The notes: generated from the sequence alone by a model not told the origin. Positions 14,339 through 25,841 are shown, counted from the stretch's first letter. The stretch is 64,000 bases of DNA from an uncultured delta proteobacterium (GCA_963735595.1 CAVTLK010000001.1:32001-96000); one strand, 5' to 3'. A program made the numbers and translations.

Positions 14339-14627
14339 GCCAGGGGCGACGGAAATCGGGGGATCGGCTGACGGGGGTCCGGTAGATCGGCGCGAAGTCC
14401 CGGCGTTTCCCCCGTCGTTACCGTGACGACCCTGATGACGAAACGTACTGCTCGAAGCAGTCCCTTTATTGCCGTGTTCGTTATTCTCCGTTCCCAAAGG
14501 ACGGTCCGACGGGACTTACGTGCGGACATGAGGACATACATCAAGCGAGCCCCCGAGTCGTTCGTCTGACGTCATCCTCCTTACTATACGGGCAAGAAAC
14601 CTGTTATGCCTAAGAAGACAAAGAGGC

Positions 14628-15416
14628 ATGAATCGTCTCTCGGCGGCAGTAGTCTCCGGTTTCCTGTTGATGGTGGTGGCTTGTTGGGTGGGATGCGATC
14701 CGATCCTCTCCAGAATCAAAGACGATCCCGCCGACCCCGCACAAACTCGGAGATATCACGCTCAGGGGGAGCGGAACATTACTTGTCTTTACCCCAACGG
14801 CCGTGGTTTCTCCGGGGTCCGACCTCGTCCACACTCCATCGCCGATAAGACCGGGCCCGACAAAACAGGAGCGGTTCCGCTCAACTCCGGTACCGAAAAA
14901 GGAGCCGAAGAAACGCGCAAAGAAGCCGACGAACCCCGTGGGCCGCCGCAGCGCGGCGAATTCACCATACAGATCGGCGCCTATATCATCGACGAGAATC
15001 TGATCGCTTGCAAAGAAAGAACTCATCTCTCTGGGCTTCTCTCCCTATAGAAAAGATACAAACGGAAAATGAAGATGTTCTGTGTTATTATAGGGGAACC
15101 GATGACCGAAGAAGAGGCGCGGGAGATCGTATCGGCACTCTCCAGGCAAAGGGATTCGCACCGCGGTTGTTACCGAACGACGAGCAACATGGTTGACGTC
15201 GCGGGAGGTATATACTATTATAAGGATGACGCCTCGGCGGCGGAGGGAAAGCTTAAGGCTTTCGGATATGCGACCCATGTTGAGGAAAGGACGGTGGAGG
15301 TCATTCTCACGTGCCTGCGGATCGGTGGTTACGCGACCGTCGATGAGGCCGGAAAAGACCTGGACGCCCTAGAACGAAAAGGATTTTCCCCGGTTATCCT
15401 CAAGAGCGATCAGTGA
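14628..15416 (+). CDS. Exported SPOR-domain protein (indels)
   Basis: N-terminal signal/TM segment; FTIQIGAY...; RIGGYATVDEA...LERKGFSPVI SPOR-like repeats. Confidence 0.6.
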
Positions 15417-16443
15417 AGATAAAGATATCTCAGAGCGCCGTTAAGTTCGTCAGTTCCGGCTCCCCCCGTGAAGTTCGGTCAATGGCCGCCAGGGGTTGAT
15501 CCCCTGGCGCCCCGGGATGTCATCAAGATTCTCTACATCCTTTGCCATGATCAGGACGAGAGTTATTCGAGGGCTGGCCGACGAGACGATCCGGGACTAT
15601 TCGCCCAAGATTGTCGATTCTATTCTCTCGGGTGATATTGAGCCGCCGATTATCGATTATATTATTCGTCAACCACACGGAGGGGCATCTGTTCGTGGGA
15701 ACGAGTCCTGACCAATAAGAATACGTCGGACGAGACGCTTGTATATCTGGCATCGAGCTCAAACAGGGCGGTTCTGGACGCCCTCTCGCTCAATCATGAG
15801 AGGCTGCTGAAATCGCGGGAAATCCTGGACGCGCTTATAAAGAACCCGATAGTGAAGGGGGCGCTCAGACAGTCGATGCTGGAGCTGGCCGATCCGACAG
15901 TCCGGGAACGAACGACGGACCGACCCGGCGAGACGCACAGACTCGCGCACGGGGAGAAGTGGACGCGGCGCCCAACGCCGTAATGAATCGGCGCTTCTGA
16001 AGAGGAAGGCCGGGACGACATAGACGAGCACAACATTGCGGCGCGAATATACAAGATGTCGGTCTCCGAGAAGATAAAGTACGCAACACGGGGAAACAAA
16101 GAGGTTCGGGCCATCCTTATCAAGGATTCGAGCAAGCTGGTTGTGGCCGCGGTTATCAAGAGCCCAAAGATTACCGAGGATGAGATACTCAAGAGTCGCC
16201 CAGAATAAGCAGTCCAATGACGAGGCGATACGGATGATTTCCCTCAACAAGGAATGGCTCAAAAACTACTCGATACGGCTGGCGCTCATTCATAATCCCA
16301 AGACACCGCCGGGAATCGCGATCCGCCTCATGCCCTATCTGTCCAAAAAAGACCTCAAGGATCTGGCGGGCAGCAGGAACGTTTCTTCGCTCATCAGCTC
16401 CAACGCAAGAAAGACGCTGGCCGCCAAGAGTAAATCAAGCTGA
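15413..16443 (+). CDS. Conserved helical hypothetical protein (indels)
   Basis: Fragments join across frames: AARGLIP..., KMSVSEKIKYATRGNKEVRAILIKD, KNYSIRLALIHNPKTP. GTGA overlap with the upstream gene. Confidence 0.7.
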
Positions 16444-16458
16444 CGGGAAAATAACGAT

Positions 16459-17568
16459 ATGGCCCTCATTAATTACGCAAATAAAGAAATAAACGCAAAG
16501 ATCGTCTATTACGGGCCGGGCCTTTCGGGCAAGACCACCAATATCCAGTATGTTTTCCAGCGTCTCAAACCCGAGCACCGGGGTAAATTGATTACGTTGC
16601 CCACCCAGACGGACCGGACGCTTTTTTTCGATTTTCTGCCGGTGGAAATCCCCGATGTAAAGGGATTCACCACCCGGTTTCATCTCTATACGGTTCCGGG
16701 GCAGGTCTTCTACAACGCGACCCGCAAGATGGTTCTCAAGGGGGTGGACGGTATCGTATTCGTGGCCGATTCACAGAAGGAAAAACTAAGCGATAACATT
16801 GACAGCCTGAAAAACCTGGAGGAAAACCTCAACGAATACGGAAAGAGCATCAAGACGATTCCGTTTGTCTTCCAATTCAACAAACGGGATCTTACCGATA
16901 TCAGCTCGCCCGCGGAGCTCAACAAGCGCCTCAACGAGCTGGGGTATCCGTCCATTGAGGCGATCGCGACGACCGGCAAGGGAGTGATGGAACGCTTTCG
17001 GCTATTTCCCGAATGGTGCTGCGCCACCTCAAAGATTCCTACGAATCGCAGAAGATACTCCGGTACGGTGAGTCGCAGGATGCCGGCGGCGACCAGGAAG
17101 AGATCATCAACGATCGAGCCGGGCCGGTCGAGCGAAACGCCGGCGCCGCAAAGGGCGTCAGTCCGTCGATTTCTCCGACGAAGAGATCGTCGAGCCGGAG
17201 GAGCTGATCGCCGAGGCGGAACACGCCTCAGGGAAGGTGCGGGATCACCTGGGAGTAATGGGCGAGTACGGGAAGACGGAGGCGGCCGTCGACACGAGGC
17301 CGGAAGAGATACCCATCGAAGTTACGTCTCAGGATATAGAGCCTATAGAAACCATAGTAGCCATGGAGACACCCCGGGAACGATCCCCGGAAGCGGACCG
17401 AAGAGCCGGCCGCCATTGATCTCGTGCTGGGGGGAGAGGTAGAGCGGACCGGTCCCGACGTCGTTTCAAATTCCTCTCACATTCAGGGTTCATGACGTCC
17501 AAAAGGATATCGTGCTCAATATCAGCGTCCAGATTACCGACAGCAATACAGATCGGGACATCTTCTGA
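16459..17568 (+). CDS. MglA-family small GTPase with acidic C-terminal extension (indels)
   Basis: INAKIVYYGPGLSGKTTN, RTLFFDFLP, LYTVPGQVFY, GVDGIVFVADSQ and NKRD motifs; the extension ends ...LNISVQITDSNTDRDIF. Confidence 0.85.
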
Positions 17569-17668
17569 TGAGACGCCGGCAACCGGCCGCCGCCGTGAGG
17601 CCCCAATCCCCGGTCCGCTTCAATAGCCACGGCCAAGGAAAAACTATCGGGAGGTCCGGGAGGAAGTC

Positions 17669-18053
17669 TTACCATCTGTCGTCGTTCCGGTCTTCGTATC
17701 CGTATCGTGACCGGCGTCGCTCGCCTCCTTCCTCCCTGATTCGGTCGATCTCTTCTTCGATAGCCTCGACCTCGGCCTTATACCCCTTGATATCGGAGAT
17801 GGTCTTCAGGATCTCGGGGTCATTGGCGATTGTTTGCCTGTTTTCCCTCCTCGGATAACTCGTAGACGCGGCTGCCGAGCGTCGAGAAGCCCTGGTGGAC
17901 CTTTCGCTGTATTGCGGAAAGGTCCATTTTCTTCTTGATAATCTTTCCCTGTTTTTCGAGCTCCAGGGTCAGCTTGACCATCTCTTCCTTCAGTACTTCA
18001 AATCCCTCGCGGGCGCCGTCTTTTATCTCTTCCCACAGGTTACGCTCATTCAT
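17669..18053 (-). CDS. Coiled-coil hypothetical protein (indel)
   Basis: SD sequence AAGGAGG, then MNERNLWEEIKDG...; continues to ...EDRNDDRW* in another frame. Confidence 0.6.
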
Positions 18054-18111
18054 GGGGATCCTCCTTCGTATGTAATGCGAAAACGGAAACAAGCCCTCCC
18101 GTCGTCATGAC

Positions 18112-18570
18112 CTATATACGTTTCTCATTAAACAGACGCGAGATACGCTCTGCAATGTGTTGGACATGTGTTCCAGGCCAATAGACCCGTCTGCACGAGG
18201 GGCATCGGGTAAACCGGTCATGTGCGAGAAAAACGTAATCGGGCACCTCCTGTTTGACCAGGTGTTTGTCGGCCGTGACAAGCGGCATGTTGCATTGAGT
18301 GCAGCGGGATAGTGGATGACACCGCCCTTTGAGGGAAACGAGCATATCCATCACCGTCAGTTGATCAAAGACCGCGTCCCGGCCGATAAATATGACGTGA
18401 CGCCGGGTCGTATCGACGTGTCGGCTGAGGTATATACGGTCTCCGGCCGATCGATGCAAAGCCGGCGCTTCTTCGTGCTCGAGGTATACGCAGTCAAAAC
18501 CGAGGGTTCTCAACCACCGGCACAGCCTCCCGAGAGGTGGGGCGGCCTGAAATCTCAATTCAGTGGACAT
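18112..18570 (-). CDS. Mut7-C RNase (PIN-like plus Zn ribbon) domain protein
   Basis: LGRLCRWLRTLGFD, SRCTQCN and CPSCRRVYWPGTH motifs. Confidence 0.88.
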   Translation of the reverse strand: MSTELRFQAAPPLGRLCRWLRTLGFDCVYLEHEEAPALHRSAGDRIYLSRHVDTTRRHVIFIGRDAVFDQLTVMDMLVSLKGRCHPLSRCTQCNMPLVTADKHLVKQEVPDYVFLAHDRFTRCPSCRRVYWPGTHVQHIAERISRLFNEKRI

Positions 18571-18820
18571 GGTCTGTAAATGTGCCGTCTCCGGGCAGCA
18601 CCCCGGCCTCAAGAGCGTCTTTGATGGCCGCGACTGCCCGATCGACATAGGGCATAGGAACCGCGATGCGCTGCTCGGGGAAATGGTTGATAGTCAGGGG
18701 GTACGGCGTCATCCGCTGGTCGCGCACAATAAACGGTATTCCTTCGCGGTCCAGGATATCGGAGATGACATCGGTCTCAAAGGTGTTATACGAAAAATAG
18801 ATCTCCACGTACTCGTCCAT
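18560..18820 (-). CDS. DUF2007-like small signal-transducing protein
   Basis: ETDVISDILDREGIPFIVRD...IAVP pattern. Confidence 0.65.
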   Translation of the reverse strand: MDEYVEIYFSYNTFETDVISDILDREGIPFIVRDQRMTPYPLTINHFPEQRIAVPMPYVDRAVAAIKDALEAGVLPGDGTFTDHVH

Positions 18821-18934
18821 GTATACTATTGTATGAAATCAGTACCCGGTTGGCAAGTCAAATCGCCCCCGGCGGCGGCGTATGCAGCCGTACGGGGTTG
18901 ACGGACGGCCGGGATAGGCATTATAATATAATAT

Positions 18935-19927
18935 ATGGAAAAAGAAACGCTGAGGGTAGCGGTACAGGCCGCCCGGACCGATGTTGCTAAGGCCGGTGTC
19001 CTGATAAATGGTCTTGTATCGAATATCGAGAAGGTTCTTATAGGAAAATCCGAGGTCGTCAGGCTTGCCGTGACGACGCTCCTGGCCGGGGGGCACCTGC
19101 TGATCGAGGATATCCCCGGCGTGGGCAAGACAACGCTGGCAGCCGCGATTGCAAAATCAGTCGGTGGCAGCTTCATGCGCATCCAGTTCACGTCGGATAT
19201 GCTCCCCTCGGATATCATCGGTGTTCCGGTATTGAGAAAATCAGGCGATGAATTTGAATTTATTCCCGGACCGATTTTCCACAATTTTATTCTGGCAGAT
19301 GAGATCAATCGAACGTCACCGCGCACCCAGAGCGCGTTGTTGGAGGCGATGAGCGACGCAAAGGTATCCGTGGAAAACCGCACGTATGAACTTCACCGGC
19401 CGTTTATGATCATCGCCACCCAGAACCCGATTGAATACCACGGTACCTATCCACTGCCGGAATCGCAGCTTGACCGGTTTATGATGACGCTCGAAATCGG
19501 GTATCCGGAAAGCAGCTACGAACGGGTCGTTGTTTCCTCCCAGGATTATAACTCGCGCGTCGATCTGATCGGGGAGGTATTGACTCTTGAAGAGCTTTCG
19601 GGTATCCAGAGAGCGGCGGAGATGGTCGCCGTCGATGATGACCTGTTGTCCTACCTGATGGATCTCGTCGAGGCGACGCGTACCGCAAAGCACTTGAAGC
19701 TCGGTGTCTCGACGCGCGGGGCGATATTTCTCAGGAAGACCGCGCAAGCGTCGGCCCTGATGCAGGGCAGGGACTACGTCGTCCCGGACGATATCAAAGG
19801 GCTGGTGCTCCCGATATTCTCTCATCGGGTCATCGCAAAATCGGCCTCTCATTCGGGGATCGGCAGATCACGGGAGGCAAAGACCATAATTGCCGACATC
19901 ATCGAATCGGTTCCCGTCCCGATATAG
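18935..19927 (+). CDS. MoxR-family AAA+ ATPase
   Basis: PGVGKT, RIQFTSD, LADEINR and ATQNPIE...GTYPLPESQLDRF motifs. Confidence 0.95.
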   Translation: MEKETLRVAVQAARTDVAKAGVLINGLVSNIEKVLIGKSEVVRLAVTTLLAGGHLLIEDIPGVGKTTLAAAIAKSVGGSFMRIQFTSDMLPSDIIGVPVLRKSGDEFEFIPGPIFHNFILADEINRTSPRTQSALLEAMSDAKVSVENRTYELHRPFMIIATQNPIEYHGTYPLPESQLDRFMMTLEIGYPESSYERVVVSSQDYNSRVDLIGEVLTLEELSGIQRAAEMVAVDDDLLSYLMDLVEATRTAKHLKLGVSTRGAIFLRKTAQASALMQGRDYVVPDDIKGLVLPIFSHRVIAKSASHSGIGRSREAKTIIADIIESVPVPI

Positions 19928-19931
19928 CGTT

Positions 19932-20933
19932 ATGTCTGAAAAACTCTCGCGCATACCGCCGCGTGTCATGCGTTGGCTCAAGCCGCCCCGCACGCTGGCC
20001 ATCAATCCCCTGGGATGGTACTTCATCGCGTTTGTCTTTGCCGTGGGCCTGGCTGCGGTCAATACGGGCAATAACCTCCTGTACCTGATCCTCGGGGGGA
20101 TGCTTTCGTTTATCGTTGCCTCGGGGATACTGTCGAATATCAACCTTAGGAGGCTCGTAGTCAAACGGTACCTGCCCGAGCATCTCTTCGCCCGAACGCC
20201 GACGTTGGTACGGGTTGAGATAGAAAACAATAAGCAGAAAATCCCTTCCTTTATTTTACTCGTCCGGACGCTGCTCCCGGCCGGACCGTCTGCCCTCATA
20301 CCAACGGTCGGGCCGCTGAGTAAGGCGGAGGGATTCATCGAGGCCGTCTTTCCCAAACGGGGGCTCCACGAGCTTGCGCCGCTGAAGGTTTCGACACGAT
20401 TCCCCTTCGGCCTCTTTACAAAGGGCATGGAGGCCGACGCGGGCTCGCATGTGCTGGTATTCCCGAATCTGTTTCCCGTAGAGATTGACGAGATCGCCCC
20501 CCGGGGCAATGATGGGGAAGCGACCCTCGTTCAAACGGGGCAGGGATCGGATCCATTCTCCGTCAAGGATTTTCAGGCGGGAGATAACCCCCGTCATATC
20601 CATTGGAAGAGCACCGCCAAACGGGGAAAATTCATGCGCAGGGAATTTTCACGAGAACAGGAACCTGCGGTAACGATACGGGTCGGTTCCGGCCCGAATG
20701 ACACGGCCGACGTCCTCGAGGAAAGGATTGAACGCGCCGCGTCGCTTTCGGCGCGTTTCATTACGGAAGGCTACGCCGTCGCCGTACAGTGCGGCAGCGC
20801 CGACGTCGGCCTGGGCCGGGGAAGGGATCACCTCCTGGTCATCCTCAGGGAGTTGGCACTCTGCGACGCGTTACGGCCCGGTCACGGGAGACGGGCCGCG
20901 GGTCCCGACGAATCGCGGGTGATCGAGCTATGA
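19932..20933 (+). CDS. DUF58 protein
   Basis: AAVNTGNNLLYL, TRFPFGLF and GDNPRHIHWKSTAK motifs. Confidence 0.9.
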   Translation: MSEKLSRIPPRVMRWLKPPRTLAINPLGWYFIAFVFAVGLAAVNTGNNLLYLILGGMLSFIVASGILSNINLRRLVVKRYLPEHLFARTPTLVRVEIENNKQKIPSFILLVRTLLPAGPSALIPTVGPLSKAEGFIEAVFPKRGLHELAPLKVSTRFPFGLFTKGMEADAGSHVLVFPNLFPVEIDEIAPRGNDGEATLVQTGQGSDPFSVKDFQAGDNPRHIHWKSTAKRGKFMRREFSREQEPAVTIRVGSGPNDTADVLEERIERAASLSARFITEGYAVAVQCGSADVGLGRGRDHLLVILRELALCDALRPGHGRRAAGPDESRVIEL

Positions 20934-23053
20934 GAGAAGGGTGGGAAGCCAACGCTTCGATGAGGAAGGGCGCAACGATTGATCTGGGTCGAGCGCGCAA
21001 GTCAATAACCTTCGGGGTGGTGTCGGCGGGTTTCCTGACCCTGATCCTGACGGGAAGCCTCTCTATCGTTGAAATCGCGCTGATCCTTGTATCTATTCCG
21101 GCGGCCTGGTTCTGGGGTGGGCGGATCGCCGCGATACCGCGCGCCGATATGGCGGCCACGGCGGCGATTATCCTGATACTTTTCCTGGCGGTAATCGGGT
21201 TCTTTTTCTTTGACCGTTCGTTCGTGGCAATGACCACGGGTTTTCTCATTACCGTTCAGGCGGTGCGACTGCTCTTCTTAACCGAGATGCGCCACTATCT
21301 TCAGGTCTACCTGATTTCTCTTTTCTCGGTACTGGCCGCGACTGTTCTAACTTTCTCACCGATTTTCATCGTGACGTTCATTGTATATCTCTCCCTTGCG
21401 ACGGCGGGCATGATTATCCTGACGATGTCCGGAGATATACAGCGGGCCAGGGGGACTACCGGCCGCATCGGGCTCTCGTATTCTAACCTGACCTGGCTGA
21501 CGGCCGGTTCCGTCGGATTTACCGTCGGCATGTCCATTATTATCTTCATCCTTTTCCCGCGTCTTTCAGCGGGTTTTCTCCCCTCCTCAATCGCGCAGCC
21601 GGTCAGGGTCCCCGGATTCTCTAATAACGTTGAGCTTGGTGAAGTAGGGGATCTCAAAATAACCGGTGAAACGATCATGCGGGTCGTTATCGATGAGAAG
21701 GACGCCCGGGTCCTCGGTCCGAACGTATATTGGCGGGGAACCGCGTTTGACACGTTCGACGGTAAATACTGGGAAAAGTCGGACGCCAAGGGTCAAAGCA
21801 TACGTAAGGCGGGCGGCCGGTTCGTTCTCGATTCCAAATCCGTCGGCGCCGTCATTCACCAGGAATACTATCTTGAGTCAACCGACAACAGGGTGCTCTT
21901 CGTATTGGTGCGGCCGTCGGTTATTACGGGTCCGTTTTCGAACCTCTCGGTCGATCGGTACGGGACGGTGGAGATGTCTTCAGCCACAAACGACAAGACC
22001 CATTATGCAGTCGATTCGGTAGTGGATTCCCTATCGACGGGCAGACCGGCGGGCGGGCTAAATTCGCTCACCGAGAACGAACGGGCCGCGTACAGACAGC
22101 TCCCGGACAATCTCGATCCACGGATAGAGGCCCTCGTGTCTAAGATCGTCGGTGAGGAAGCGTCTCCCCTCGTGAAGGCCGCACTTGTCCGGGACTGGTT
22201 ATTGACCACTATGTCTTACGACCTTAATCCGAAGGGCATCGGGAAGGATCCGCTGTCTGTATTCCTATTTGAAGAAGAGCGGGGATACTGCGAGCATTTC
22301 TCTACCGCCATGGTCGTGATGCTGCGGGCGACCGGCGTTCCTTCCCGGATCGTGACGGGATTCCTGGCCGGCAGCTTCAATGAAATCGGTTCCTTTTACA
22401 TCGTTCATGCCAGCGATGCCCACGCTTGGGTGGAGGTATACGACGAGGCCGCGGGCTGGGTCTCCTTCGAGCCGACCCCCCCCGCGGGGCTTTCGGTCCC
22501 CGTCGGCGGATCGATAATTCGCCAGGTATTCGATAACCTTGTGATGATGTGGAACGTATACGTAGTCAATTACGAGATGGGAGACCAGATCAAAATCATC
22601 GAGGGGGCCAGAGATGCCCGCGAAAAGGGATTGAAGGATATCTCGAAAACGCGCGGAGATGTCAGGCGGTTGTTTGCTGATGTCCGGGAACGTAAGGGGG
22701 CTTATTTTATCCCTGCGGCGGCCGCCGCCTCGGTGTTCTGCCTCGTACTTGTCATATATATCGTCAGGATATTAGTCATCGGCCGTATCTTTGCCGCTGC
22801 AAAGGGAGGGGAGGTCGGCCGTATCTATCGGTCTGCGTTGAACTTCCTTTCGAAAAAGGGCGTGCACCGGCATGGGGGGACGACTCCGCGCGAGTTCTCG
22901 AAAATTGCCGCCGATCGTTATCCCGACATCGGCGCCGATATAGAAGACCTGACCGAGATCTACTATCGCCGAAGGTTCGGACACGAGCCGGAAGCCGAGC
23001 AAGGCGTGGAATCGGCCCGGCGGCTGCTGGAGCGAATCAAACGCGCCCTGTGA
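20930..23053 (+). CDS. Membrane transglutaminase-like protein (TgpA/DUF3488 type)
   Basis: N-terminal TM bundle, YWRG, GYCEHFSTA, HAWVEVY and FEPTP motifs; completes the moxR-DUF58-TGase triad. Confidence 0.9.
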   Translation: MREGWEANASMRKGATIDLGRARKSITFGVVSAGFLTLILTGSLSIVEIALILVSIPAAWFWGGRIAAIPRADMAATAAIILILFLAVIGFFFFDRSFVAMTTGFLITVQAVRLLFLTEMRHYLQVYLISLFSVLAATVLTFSPIFIVTFIVYLSLATAGMIILTMSGDIQRARGTTGRIGLSYSNLTWLTAGSVGFTVGMSIIIFILFPRLSAGFLPSSIAQPVRVPGFSNNVELGEVGDLKITGETIMRVVIDEKDARVLGPNVYWRGTAFDTFDGKYWEKSDAKGQSIRKAGGRFVLDSKSVGAVIHQEYYLESTDNRVLFVLVRPSVITGPFSNLSVDRYGTVEMSSATNDKTHYAVDSVVDSLSTGRPAGGLNSLTENERAAYRQLPDNLDPRIEALVSKIVGEEASPLVKAALVRDWLLTTMSYDLNPKGIGKDPLSVFLFEEERGYCEHFSTAMVVMLRATGVPSRIVTGFLAGSFNEIGSFYIVHASDAHAWVEVYDEAAGWVSFEPTPPAGLSVPVGGSIIRQVFDNLVMMWNVYVVNYEMGDQIKIIEGARDAREKGLKDISKTRGDVRRLFADVRERKGAYFIPAAAAASVFCLVLVIYIVRILVIGRIFAAAKGGEVGRIYRSALNFLSKKGVHRHGGTTPREFSKIAADRYPDIGADIEDLTEIYYRRRFGHEPEAEQGVESARRLLERIKRAL

Positions 23054-23328
23054 CGGTATCAAATAATCACCCGCCCCGCGTAGTATACCGATGCCGTCAA
23101 TAGATGCCGCGCCGGTCTATCACAAGCGGACGGTCGGATAGATTTACCTGAGAAGCCGGACGAAAATGACGGCCAGAACGCGTACGGCCGATGTTATTTT
23201 ATCGGAGTCTCGCCGTACGGCTTGCCGCTGCGGGCGCTCGGACGAAGTGCAATAAGAAATTATTTGAAATAGCGAACCATTGATGATACAAAGGTTCCAT
23301 CAGTCGGTCCTATACCGGGGGGTGCAGT

Positions 23329-24096
23329 ATGGATAAGGATCTCTTCTCACTCAAGGGAAAGCGGGCGTTGGTTACCGGCGGGAGCCGGGGCATCGGGTTG
23401 GAAATCGCCAAAGGATTGGCCGCGGCAGGAGCGGCGCATATCATCATTTGCGGCAGAAAACAGGAGGCGCTATCGGTGGCCGGGGAAGCTATCGAGAAAG
23501 CGGGCGCCGCGGTTACAGCGGTCACTACTAACGTCGGCAATCCGTCCGACGTCGATAGCCTGTTTGACCGGATTGTCGCGGATGTCGGAGGCCTGGATAT
23601 CGTCGTCAACAACGTGGGGATGAATATCTTCACCCCGAGCGTTGCAGACGCCGATATCACACTCTGGGATAAGGTCATGGACGTAAACCTGAAGGCCGTA
23701 TTCCTGACGAGCCGCCGTGCAGTGCCGCTGATGAAAGAGGCGGGCGGCGGTGCCATTATCAATATCAGCACCGTTGCGGCGCGCAAGGCGACGCCGGGCC
23801 TGGGTATCTACGGGATAGCAAAGGCGGGCGTCGAGATGCTCACCAAAGCCCTCGCGGCGGAATTGGCCTTGTATAACATCCGGGTCAACGCGATAGCGCT
23901 CGCCATGGTAAAGACGAAATTTTCCGAGCCCCTCTGGTCGAACGCCGACCTCAGAAAACAAATCGAGCTGACCAACCCGATGCACCGTATCGCGGAGCCG
24001 GAGGAAGTAGTGGGCACCGTCCTCTACCTGGCCTCGGGGGCGTCCAGCTTTATGACGGGATCTATCCTTATGCTGGATGGAGGGACAACGGCATAA
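23329..24096 (+). CDS. SDR oxidoreductase
   Basis: TGGSRGIG, VNNVG and YGIAK motifs. Confidence 0.93.
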   Translation: MDKDLFSLKGKRALVTGGSRGIGLEIAKGLAAAGAAHIIICGRKQEALSVAGEAIEKAGAAVTAVTTNVGNPSDVDSLFDRIVADVGGLDIVVNNVGMNIFTPSVADADITLWDKVMDVNLKAVFLTSRRAVPLMKEAGGGAIINISTVAARKATPGLGIYGIAKAGVEMLTKALAAELALYNIRVNAIALAMVKTKFSEPLWSNADLRKQIELTNPMHRIAEPEEVVGTVLYLASGASSFMTGSILMLDGGTTA

Positions 24097-24124
24097 TGGG
24101 AGATCGGAAGGGGAAGATTGTACA

Positions 24125-24862
24125 ATGATAATCGAGGAGATGACGACGATCGGGTTTTCCGAGGGGCTCAAGAAAACAAAGACCGTAATCGTTCCCCTGG
24201 GCTCGATCGAACAACACGGCCCGCATCTTCCGATGCACACCGATATCTTCCACGCCTGCGAAATCGCGCGGCGCGCATCCGGAATGGTTCCCGTCTTTGT
24301 CGCCCCGCCGGTCAATTTCGGGGTTTGCCGCAGCACCGCGGATTTTCCCGGCACCATCGGTATTCGCGCGGGAACGCTCATATCACTGGTGGTCGATATT
24401 ATCGAATCGCTCTATCGGCACGGCATGAGGCAATTCATCCTCTACTCCGGGCACGCCGGCGCAAACCATATGGCGGCGCTCCTCGATGCGGCCGATGAAT
24501 TGATGCCTGCCTACGAGGACACGGATTTCGCGGTAATACATGACCTGGATTTGTGTGATCCGGAGCTCTTTAAACTCCTTGAGGCAGGAAACGATTCTCA
24601 TGCGGGCGAATTCGAAACCTCCCTGATTATGGCGCTTGCTCCGGGCCTTGTGGGTAAACTCCCGCCGGCCGACCGGCCCCTTTTCCCGCGTCCCCATCTC
24701 GTACGCGACACCAGACTATACTGGAAAAGCGGTGTATGGGGAGACCCGACCAAGGCGTCCAGGGAAAAAGGAGAGCAAATGGTCGCAATTTTATCGCGAA
24801 ATCTCGCAAAATTGGCCGAAAGCATGAATAAAAAAGAGAAAAAGGGGGCGAAAACGACTTAG
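24125..24862 (+). CDS. Creatininase-family amidohydrolase
   Basis: GSIEQHGPHLP, GHAGAN, HAGEFETS and GVWGDP motifs. Confidence 0.9.
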   Translation: MIIEEMTTIGFSEGLKKTKTVIVPLGSIEQHGPHLPMHTDIFHACEIARRASGMVPVFVAPPVNFGVCRSTADFPGTIGIRAGTLISLVVDIIESLYRHGMRQFILYSGHAGANHMAALLDAADELMPAYEDTDFAVIHDLDLCDPELFKLLEAGNDSHAGEFETSLIMALAPGLVGKLPPADRPLFPRPHLVRDTRLYWKSGVWGDPTKASREKGEQMVAILSRNLAKLAESMNKKEKKGAKTT

Positions 24863-25022
24863 GAGTGATTCTCTCCTGACAGAAAATATCAGAAATCGAG
24901 AGATTAGTATTGACATTGCTTAATTTTATTGATATTTTGCGGCTTTGAGAAGGTATAGATGGTCTAATCTTTATCGTAAATAAAGATTACAGGCAAGAAA
25001 CCAATCGTAAGGAGATTATTGT

Positions 25023-25823
25023 ATGAACAGGAAAGTTTTTGCTCTTTTGCTCGTCGTCGCCATGACCGCAGGGGCGTTCCTCGCGGTTCAGGCCTGCAAG
25101 CCCGGCGGGGAGACGATGACTCCGACGGCCGTCGGCGAAATCCTCAAGCTGAATATCGCAACCGATGCGGCCTATCCGCCCTTTGAATTTGTCGATACCA
25201 AAACCAGCGAGATCGTCGGTTTCGATATCGACCTGATGAAAGAAATCGCCAAGGCAGGCGGGTTTGAAGTCGAATTCGTCAACACCCCCTGGGACGGCAT
25301 TTTCGTCGGCCTGGATAACGATAATTATGACGCGGTTATCTCCGCGGTCAGCATCACCGACGAGCGCAAGATTACCTACGATTTCTCGGACCCGTACTAC
25401 TCGATCTTTCAGGCCCTCATCGTCCGCAAGGCCGATGCCGAGATGTTCAAGAGCCTGGCCGATCTGAAGGGCAAGAAAGTCGGCGCCCAGATCGGGACGA
25501 CCGGCGCTATCTTCGTAGGTAAAGACCCCAATGTGAAGCTTGTAAACTACGACGACAACGGCCTGGCCATCGAAGCCCTCCTCAAGGGCGATGTGGACGC
25601 AGTTGTGTGCGATCACCCGGTTGCGTTTGATTACGCCCTCGTGAATCCGTCATACGGCGAAAAGCTGGTTGTGTCCAACCCGAAGATCACCGATACGCCG
25701 GAGCCTTACGGTATCTGCATCAAGAAGGGCAATGCCAAGGTTATTGAGCTGGTCAACACCGGCCTGAAGAATCTTCCGGCCGACGTTATCCCCGCCCTCG
25801 AAGCTAAGTGGAAAATGAAGTAA
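25023..25823 (+). CDS. Polar amino-acid ABC transporter substrate-binding lipoprotein
   Basis: Lipobox-like VQAC; DAAYPPFE, GFDIDL and ITDERK motifs. Confidence 0.92.
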   Translation: MNRKVFALLLVVAMTAGAFLAVQACKPGGETMTPTAVGEILKLNIATDAAYPPFEFVDTKTSEIVGFDIDLMKEIAKAGGFEVEFVNTPWDGIFVGLDNDNYDAVISAVSITDERKITYDFSDPYYSIFQALIVRKADAEMFKSLADLKGKKVGAQIGTTGAIFVGKDPNVKLVNYDDNGLAIEALLKGDVDAVVCDHPVAFDYALVNPSYGEKLVVSNPKITDTPEPYGICIKKGNAKVIELVNTGLKNLPADVIPALEAKWKMK

Positions 25824-25841
25824 CATCCTCAGTATGACTAT

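Noticed and set aside
14425..14450. CTGATGA-C-GAAAC resembling a hammerhead ribozyme core
   Set aside because: No room for stem II and no convincing flanking stems; likely chance.
18935..23053. moxR-DUF58-transglutaminase triad as a novel system
   Set aside because: This is a well-known, widespread gene arrangement.
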